A stretch of 54,896 nt of DNA, counting the filler, from Piptocephalis cylindrospora (taxonomy: Eukaryota): the NCBI GenBank assembly GCA_003614145.1. It is 2 parts of 2 records of this genome, joined end to end, with 100 filler letters (N's around TTAATTAATTAA, not from the genome) between each part and the next. Parts side by side here need not be neighbours in the genome. Positions count along the whole stretch, not along the records: positions 27,551 to 54,896 come from KZ987769.1; 1 more part is not named here. The stretch is one strand, 5' to 3'. Position 1 is the first letter of the stretch; each line of letters begins with the position of its first letter. This document shows positions 47,920-54,896 of this stretch, in pieces. Below the pieces are notes generated by a model. The model saw only the letters and a program-made list of their open reading frames with translations, had not been told where the DNA came from and searched no databases. Made by a program: the position numbers and the translations under genes.

Positions 47920-49882
47920 ATGAAGATCAACCCACCCGGACAATTTACCCATGCTCCCGGGTTCCCTGTTTACGTCGTTCGCTTTGCCTCGGAGGACAAG
48001 GTGGTCCTTGCAGGAGGGGGAGGACCTGGGAATTCGGGAATTCGAAACAAAGTGGTAAGCGGACATGGAGTGTTCGCGTCGAGAGGAGTCATTACGTCCT
48101 TTTCCCCTCATCTCTCCCTGGCATATCTAGACCAAGCTGAAGATCAGACCCGGCCAGGAACGCTTGGAGGAAGTCGCTACCTTTGAGCTGGACCAAGGGG
48201 AGGACACCCCCATGTCCCTGGCCCTTCACCCTGCCCTTTCCAATGTTTGGGTTTGTGGAGCCAATAGGAAGGTGGAGGATTTGAAGCATGGAGGGAAGGG
48301 AGAGGGGGAAAAGAAGGAGGAGGGGCAGGGTGAAGAGGTGGATGTAGAAGAGAAGGTATCGGTCCAGGACACCTCCTCGGATCAAGGCACTTCCCTATCC
48401 GTTGATAATCACAAGGGGAACTGTCGGATTCTTCGAATTCTTTCAGAAAAATCTGTGGAGGAAGAGGAAGAGGAGGAAGAGGAGGAAGAGGAGGAGGAGG
48501 AGGAGGAGGAGGAAGAAGAAGAAGAAGAAAGGGGGGAAGAGCAATCCTCCAAGATGAGGAAACGAAAGGGCGGAAAGGGAAAGGAAGTGGTCGGGGAGAA
48601 GAAGAAGAAGCGGCAGCAAAAGGAGGGCAAGGCCGAGCCAAAAAGCACCACTTGGTCAGTGTTTATCAGGGGAGTGCTCAGGACTTGATCTCTCTTCTCT
48701 CGTCATGGGAGCTGACTCACCCTTCCTATTGTCATGGTGTAGGGAAGTCAAGGAAGTCTACTCTATCTCGACACTTTCCTCCAAGGATGCGGATGATTAC
48801 CAGGTGCGTGTCCTTGCATCCCTCCCTCCCATCCTCATCGTCCCTGCACTCACCCTTTCCCTCCGTAGCGTGTGGCGCAAATCTCCCCAGATGGGAGATG
48901 GCTCTTGACGGGGTCGGCCTCTGGAAAGGTGTGTCTACGAAGCTTCCCTAATTTGGAAGAACCCTTCCCCAACCTGGATACGGGGATCCAATCGGATATC
49001 ATGGATGTGGACTTTGACCGAAGGGCCGGAAAATTCATCGCGGTCCAGGAAAGACAAATCACCATATGGGACCTCCAGTCGGGAACCGTGGTCGATACAC
49101 TGGATTCGCCCATGGTGAATGGGGACCAGCCCGGGTCGTTTCGGCATTGTCGATTCGGTCGGGGAAAGACCTTTGGCTACGCCTTTGCCGTGGTCAATAC
49201 TAAGGATCGTAAGGGTGCCTTTGTATGCAAGGTGTCTGCCACGACCTTTGGCAAAGTCCTGATCCGAAGTGTTCACAACAAGCCCATCACCGCCTTTTCC
49301 ATTAGGTGAGTGTTCCGAAGGGGGGAGGGGGAGAGAGCGAGGGAGGGAGGGAATAGGGGAAAAGGACTCACAAAGCATGTCTCCCCACGTGTGCATGGGA
49401 CGATGGTCGTGTGTGTCTAGTGAAAAGGGAGATCGATTGGCATATGGCACAGCCGATCTCGGGGTAGGGATCCTGGACACGGACACCTTGGACGTAAGTG
49501 AGGGGGAGGGCATCATGGATTGACCTTGTCCCTGGAGTGTACCCGACTCATCTTCTATGTTGCATGATGATCATGATGACAGTGCTTGGCCTATTACCCA
49601 AAGATCCATGACTTTCCAGTGACGGCCGTGGCCCTCAGTCCCTCTGGAACTCTCCTAGTGACAGGCAGTGTGGACATGACTTGCACCGTTCATGTCCTTC
49701 CCGACCCCTTCCCTCGCTTCTCCCTAAACCTCGGTCGACGAGGCTTGCTTCTCTTCCTCTTCCTCTTCCTTCTCGCCTACTTTTTCCTAGGACGAGGCAC
49801 CCTAGGATCCATCTTTGATGAAGATGTCCCCCCTCCTCCTTTGGCTAGTGGTCAAGGCAAGACAGTTCGCGGGGAATTTTAA
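47920..49882 (+). CDS. SEC12: Sec12 / PREB-like Sar1 guanine-nucleotide exchange factor (WD40, C-terminal TM)
   Basis: N-terminal GFPVY....GGGG.GNSGIRNK (K-loop), DDYQ, FRHCRF, KPITAF, HDFPVTAVALSP, C-terminal TM GLLLFLFLFLLAYFFL; several GT-AG introns. Confidence 0.88.
48458..48530 (+). repeat. (GAG/GAA)n coding trinucleotide repeat, poly-Glu of about 24 residues
   Basis: gaggaagaggaagaggaggaagaggaggaagaggaggaggag...gaagaagaa inside the Sec12-like exon. Confidence 0.9.
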
Positions 49883-50172
49883 ATGGTTCAACCTGACGAT
49901 GAGCGTAGAGATGAATGTGGTGCATGGGAGAGAGAAAGAGAGAGAGGGGGGACAGAGGGAGAGAGGGACGCGCTGGTGTTTAATGAGCCATTTGATCTTC
50001 TTTATCTGTCCTTGCCTCTTCATGTGTGGCCATGAGACGCGCATTCTAGGACATCGCGGTCCCTACTCCGCATCCCATACTTTACCGTACTTCTGTTGTG
50101 ATTGTCCAGAGGGATCCTCCACAATCGCTCATCTTGCCCTCCTTCCTTCCTTCCCTCTCCCCCTGCCGCATC

Positions 50173-50726
50173 ATGCTGCCCTCACCTTCCGTTCCAGAGC
50201 CAAAGACTACCGGGTTTAGCCGAGAGGACTTTTCCTTTCTTCCGCAGCTAGCGCAGCTCTTTGCCCGAATTGCAGACCCCTCCTGTGATCAACCGGCCGT
50301 GGTTGCAGCGGTAAGGCTCCAGGGAAGAGGATGGGGAGGGGGATGGTTTGTGCTGGACACTCAGCCCCTCCATCACTGTCGGGGTATGGGATACGCCTGT
50401 AGATGGCCAAGTTGAATGACCGGTTCCAGCGGTGTCGACAGACCGTGGAATCCCTGCCTGGGGCCGAGCATAGTGTGGAGGATCTCAAGGCGTTGCTATC
50501 TCAACGTCTCTTGGTCCTTGAGGTGAAGAGGTAAGGGCGCCTCATGCTCTGGTTATAATCGTTTGCAACTCACCTGGGTCGAGAGGGGGATAGGAGGGAA
50601 TTGATCCAGATGGCCACGTTACTCAAGGCTGAGGCCAAGCAAGCCGAAGAGGCCTCTACTGCTCCTGGTCCTGAAGAGATGCAGGAAGAGAGGGAGTCGA
50701 ACAACCCCTCATCTCCTCCGATGTAG
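50173..50726 (+). CDS. MED9: Mediator subunit Med9-like
   Basis: Three exons: FSREDFSFLPQLAQLF...|MAKLNDRFQRCRQTVESLPGAEHSVEDL...LEVKR|ELIQ...; the FLP...L..RF...R..+.SLPG...S.E pattern matches Med9. TAG 50724-50726. Confidence 0.7.
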
Positions 50727-51320
50727 TATATACACTCTCGCTACGCTCTATCATCCTCCATGCTATCCTGGATGGGGGATGAATGGGGATTTGAATGGAC
50801 ACGCTGCTGTCTGACCCTTCCTCTGTCTCACTTCTTACTCTCTATCGTTCTCTCTCATCCCTCCTCCTTCCCCCTTGATCCGATGATCCCTTATCTCCCT
50901 CCTGCTTCTCTGACAGGATGAAATGATCCTCATTCTACTGCGCGAAAGAAAGGATCATCTCTCCTCTAGATCAAAGAATGAGAGATGTCTCGCTGATACT
51001 CTCTCCTCTCCCCTGCAGGCCCATACCCCGATGAATGAGGGGGAAAGGCCCATCAGGTGGCCATACAGACTCTGTTGGTGGTGGTGGCGCTTTCCATTGA
51101 CATTTCCGCGCATTGTCCATGGACGAGCAACATTACTTTCTGTCCGTCATCCTTCTCCACCCTGTCCATTGTGTCCTCGTCACATCCTCATATCCTCGCC
51201 CCAAGGACCCCCGAGGTGACACCGCCATCTTTCCTTGGCTTACACCACCATCACCTCCGCCTTATCGTATCGCATCCCCATCTTGAGATCCTTTGACCAG
51301 CCTATGTCTCTCCCTGTTAT

Positions 51321-51408
51321 CTGTGTGTCTGTGTCTGTCTGTGTGTCTGTATGTCTGTCTGTGTGTCTGTGTGTCTGTGTGTCTGTGTGTCTGTGTGTCT
51401 GTGTCTGT
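51321..51408 (+). repeat. Compound (TGTC/TGTGTC/TGTGTGTC)n microsatellite
   Basis: ctgtgtgtctgtgtctgtctgtgtgtctgtatgtctgtctgtgtgtctgtgtgtctgtgtgtctg... Confidence 0.85.
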
Positions 51409-52686
51409 CCTGTCTTCTGTGTATGTATGTGTGTACGACCAAACCTCTCCTCTCCTCTCCTCTCCCAAGGAGACACACAGACCTGCCTCGGCGTGACGAC
51501 CAGGACGACCACGCCAGTCAAGGCAACACCACTCGATGCATGCATCGTCGCTGAGCAGACAGCTGAGAGAGAAGAAAGCGGGGGAAAAGGACCCTCTTGA
51601 CCCTTTCCCCGTAGATCCCTTCTTCCTCATCTCCCACCCCACATACGCCATAGTTGCCCCACACACTTTGGTCAACAGCCTCATCACACCTCTCATCCCC
51701 CCTTTCATTGACGCCCATCTCCCTCCCGTCCCTGGAAAAATGCCATTGTGACCGGCAGGGCAAGAGAGAAGGAGAGCGTGGGGAACCGTGACCTTTTCCC
51801 AAGGGGCGGATGTGTGTCTGCGTGTCTCTGTGGCCGTGTGCGGGGTAACGGAAATAATATAAAGGAAGGGGAAGGGCACGAGGACAAGTACCCGCCAAAC
51901 TCCCCGCTCTCTTCCCATCCTATCCCACACTTCTTTGACCCTCCTATCCTATCCCGTCTCATCCTATCCTATCCTATCCTATCCTATCCTATCTCATCTC
52001 ACCTCCTCTCACCCAATCCTCATCCCATCGTACGATATCCCCTAGATCATTCGACTCCCCTGGATCCAAGTGGGCCAACCTCTCCCCCCCCACCTCCTTC
52101 CCTTTATTGCCTCGGAGCGCTGACCTAGGATCATCGGCCCATCCCCTCCCGACATTGCCTATTTCTGTAGGCAAAGCCTCAAACTACCCCAACATTCATC
52201 CCTTCTTTCCTGTACCCCACACTCTGCCGATCCCTCTCGCGTCTCCCCTCTTCTCATCCCGTCCCATCATCCACCCCACACCCTGGACCCTGGCCATAGG
52301 CTGGGCGTTGACTCCGTCAAGTCTACGTTACACGTACACCACCTGGACTGCTCCTTTTCCCCTAAAACATCTCCCGTCCACCCCCAGGAAGTAGCATCTC
52401 TTACCTAGGCTCGGACCTTGGCTTCCCTTCCATCCCCTGGGGCGCATAAATACTCGGTCGATAGTCCGGCCGCCCTCCCATCCATCCATCCCTCCCGGAT
52501 CCTCTCCCCTTCGGTGCCCTTTCCGCTCCTTTCCTTTTTCCCCTTTCCTTCCCCCCCTCCTCTACCCAGTCTCTTCCATCGGCCTTCGTTGCGCAAGCCT
52601 GGTGTAGGGAGACCCTTTTTCCCTTTCCTTTCCTTTCCTTTCCTCTTCTTTCCTCCCCCCCCCGTCTAAGCGCCTCTTCCTCCTCC

Positions 52687-53361
52687 ATGACGAAAAGGCC
52701 CAGTCCCTTGGAGGTGTGCGTCCTTGCCATGCTCTATGGCCTTCACGTCCTCCTCACCCTTCTCCTCCTCCTCCTCTCACCTCCCACCCAGGAAGGATTG
52801 GACGTGGAAGAGGAGGAGGAATCTATGAGTGGTGGTGATTCTGGCATGGGAATCAAGGATCCGGGAATCCCCTTGAGCCGGGAGCCTTCCCTGTACCGTC
52901 GACACGGTCAGTATGATCCCCCGGCCCAGGGCCTTCGAGCCCGGCTAGCCCGCTTTCTTCAAGATCTCCAGAAACGCCCCACCCACCCACCCCCATCCAC
53001 CTGGTCAATGGCCCTACTTCAATGGGCATGGCGGTGGACAGGAAACCAGGTCCAAGCCCTGGGCGGCAACCTGGGTTTCGTCGAACATTCGCTTGGCCAA
53101 GATGCAAAGGAAACGGACTACCCAGTCCAGGGAGAGCTTGCCTCACTCCAAGATCATCCTAGCCTAACCCATCCCAATTCAGGCCATCCTCTCATTCTGG
53201 AAAAACATTCCATTACCCTTCTGGCCTTCCACTCCTCCGCCGGGGAAGAGGGGATATGCATCAAGGAAAGGGATCCTTCCCTCCCTCCTCACACCCCCTC
53301 CCCATGCCTTCTTCCCCCGACCTTCCAACCTTCCTTTCTCGCGGTCAAGGTGGCCACCTAG
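52687..53361 (+). CDS. Hypothetical protein with N-terminal hydrophobic segment
   Basis: 224-aa ORF preceded by CATAAATA (about 52444) and a pyrimidine-rich leader; hydrophobic VCVLAMLYGLHVLLTLLLLLL; no recognisable domain. Confidence 0.4.
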   Translation: MTKRPSPLEVCVLAMLYGLHVLLTLLLLLLSPPTQEGLDVEEEEESMSGGDSGMGIKDPGIPLSREPSLYRRHGQYDPPAQGLRARLARFLQDLQKRPTHPPPSTWSMALLQWAWRWTGNQVQALGGNLGFVEHSLGQDAKETDYPVQGELASLQDHPSLTHPNSGHPLILEKHSITLLAFHSSAGEEGICIKERDPSLPPHTPSPCLLPPTFQPSFLAVKVAT

Positions 53362-53823
53362 GTCCCCTTTGCCCTCCCCCCTCACGTCCATCACATCTCT
53401 TTCCATCTTTATCCCCTGTTGAATTTCAATCCTTTCTCTTTTTCCCCTTTGTCTCTTCGCTTTGCACAGATCGCGCTCTCTTTTTTCCCATGGACGGTGT
53501 ATGCTTCTGCATATAAACCCTGGGTTGGTGCTACCCATTCTCCCACCATGACTACTCCGCATCCACTGACCCAACTCCGACCTCACCCAAACTCCGATTC
53601 CTCCTGTCCATACCCACACTTCCTCCTCCTCATCTCACTTGGATGCTGACTCCAAAAACCCCAAACAATTTACTCACATACGCATACACACATTCCTCCT
53701 ATGAGTGTCCTGACGGGATGACGATCGTCACCCCAAGCATTGGGATGGATGACATCTTTTTCTCGTCGAAAGGCCCTTTCCTTCATCCTTACCCTGTCCA
53801 TCCTCCATCCTCACCATGACCCC

Positions 53824-54896
53824 ATGGCGACTCCCTACCCTTACTCCTCCCACTATGTCTCGGAGACCCCATACGCTTACCCCTCACACCAGGCCAGAAC
53901 GGACTCTCCCGCTCAGATGGCCACCTCGTCATGGCCTCCTCTAATGTACGGGCTGGGCATCCCAGTCACCCTTACCCTCTTGGCCTGGGCACTACCCTCC
54001 CACTACCACTGGCCGGTGGATGGGTCTTCCAGATGGTTCCCAAGGAGGATCCGATCTTCTTCTTCCTCCTCCTCTTCCTCGCCTCATCCCCTCGTCCTTG
54101 GGCTTCTCGCACCCTTGGGAGCCCTATCCTTCCTCGTGGTCCTAGTCGGGTCCTGGGTATCTTGGATGGCCCGACTGACCTGGGCTTATGGCGTCAGGGC
54201 CCTGCGACCTCTGTGGGAACTACACCGGCTTCGACAAGCCTGGACTGCGATGGGATTATGGATTCATCGCTCCGTTCCACTTATCCTCGAGTGGGTCAGA
54301 TACCCGGGTTACTTGGCGAGACAGACGGCCCCATGGATCCAATGGGCCATGGAGGTTGGAGGATACGTCCTTCTTCTCCTCCTCCACCACATCATCCTCC
54401 CCATTGGGTCCATGGTCCGGTCCTCCCTTGGCTCTTGGTTCCTGGCTTGGTGCACCCTTAAAGCGTGTCTTGCATGGTGTCATACTGCCGTCATTGGCCT
54501 TGCGATCCGTATACTTTTAGTCCTCAACTTTCTCTCTCGAGCCCACCAATGGCTCCCCTCCCCCTCGGCTCTCTACATGGCCTGGGGAAGAGACTTGGTG
54601 GCCTCCTGGGTCTTTTGGGGATGGAGGGTGCATGGTACTGAACTCCTCTTCCCTCTCCTCCTGCCTCCACTAAGCCTCCTGGTCGGCCCGAGCGTCTGGG
54701 GCGTCATGGAATCCTCGGTCTCGAGGACTTTGCCCTGTATAGGTGGTCATCTCTGGGGCATGGCTGGAAACGCCATGATCTTCATGACTCGCTCCTTCCC
54801 AAAATCCCTATCCCTGGTGATCCATGCCTTCATGTCCATGCTAAGGTCCTGGGTCGACCTAACCCTTCGGAGTATGATGAGAGTCTGGCGCCAGTT
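53824..54896 (+). CDS. 3'-truncated Trp/Leu-rich hydrophobic (probable membrane) protein, absent from the ORF track
   Basis: Frame from ATG 53824 (alternative in-frame ATG 53749) is open to the window end, about 357 codons: MATPYPYSSHY...PPLMYGLGIPVTLTLLAWAL...LVLGLLAPLGALSFLVVLVGSWVSWMARLTWAY...WVDLTLRSMMRVWRQ. Confidence 0.7.
   Translation, partial: MATPYPYSSHYVSETPYAYPSHQARTDSPAQMATSSWPPLMYGLGIPVTLTLLAWALPSHYHWPVDGSSRWFPRRIRSSSSSSSSSPHPLVLGLLAPLGALSFLVVLVGSWVSWMARLTWAYGVRALRPLWELHRLRQAWTAMGLWIHRSVPLILEWVRYPGYLARQTAPWIQWAMEVGGYVLLLLLHHIILPIGSMVRSSLGSWFLAWCTLKACLAWCHTAVIGLAIRILLVLNFLSRAHQWLPSPSALYMAWGRDLVASWVFWGWRVHGTELLFPLLLPPLSLLVGPSVWGVMESSVSRTLPCIGGHLWGMAGNAMIFMTRSFPKSLSLVIHAFMSMLRSWVDLTLRSMMRVWRQ

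Noticed and set aside
50900..52400. ORFs of 60-220 aa built from microsatellite and CT-rich sequence
   Set aside because: Translations are dipeptide-like repeats (VCVS, HTDTQT, ILSYP) caused by simple repeats; no splice or domain support.

Overview
Eukaryotic, intron-rich, gene-dense fungal DNA (short GT-AG introns; housekeeping proteins look like those of an early-diverging fungus, though the taxon cannot be established from sequence alone). The window is two assembly pieces joined by an artificial N-TTAATTAATTAA-N spacer at 27451-27550. Conserved genes: anthranilate synthase component I, bystin/Enp1, PSMD5/Hsm3-like chaperone, mitochondrial uL13, DNA primase small subunit, ATP synthase subunit h, a TM9 protein, proteasome alpha1, VDAC, Kgd4/MRPS36, eIF2A, a CreC/WDR20-like WD40 protein, Sec12/PREB, Med9, tRNA-Asp(GTC) and tRNA-Phe(GAA). 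Most interesting: (1) a 9-exon gene, spliced by hand, that joins a catalytically degenerate kinase domain, a helical region resembling the MLKL four-helix bundle/brace, and a long SEL1-repeat array; (2) a non-coding host gene whose two introns carry duplicated box C/D snoRNAs with the same LSU rRNA guide shifted by 2 nt; (3) two accessory patches with a secreted HIT-like protein lacking its histidine triad, a stop-interrupted secreted-protein pseudogene, a secreted Cys-rich protein with an 18-bp tandem-repeat tail and a SEL1 relic. Exon boundaries were read by eye and family assignments rest on remembered motifs, not database searches.
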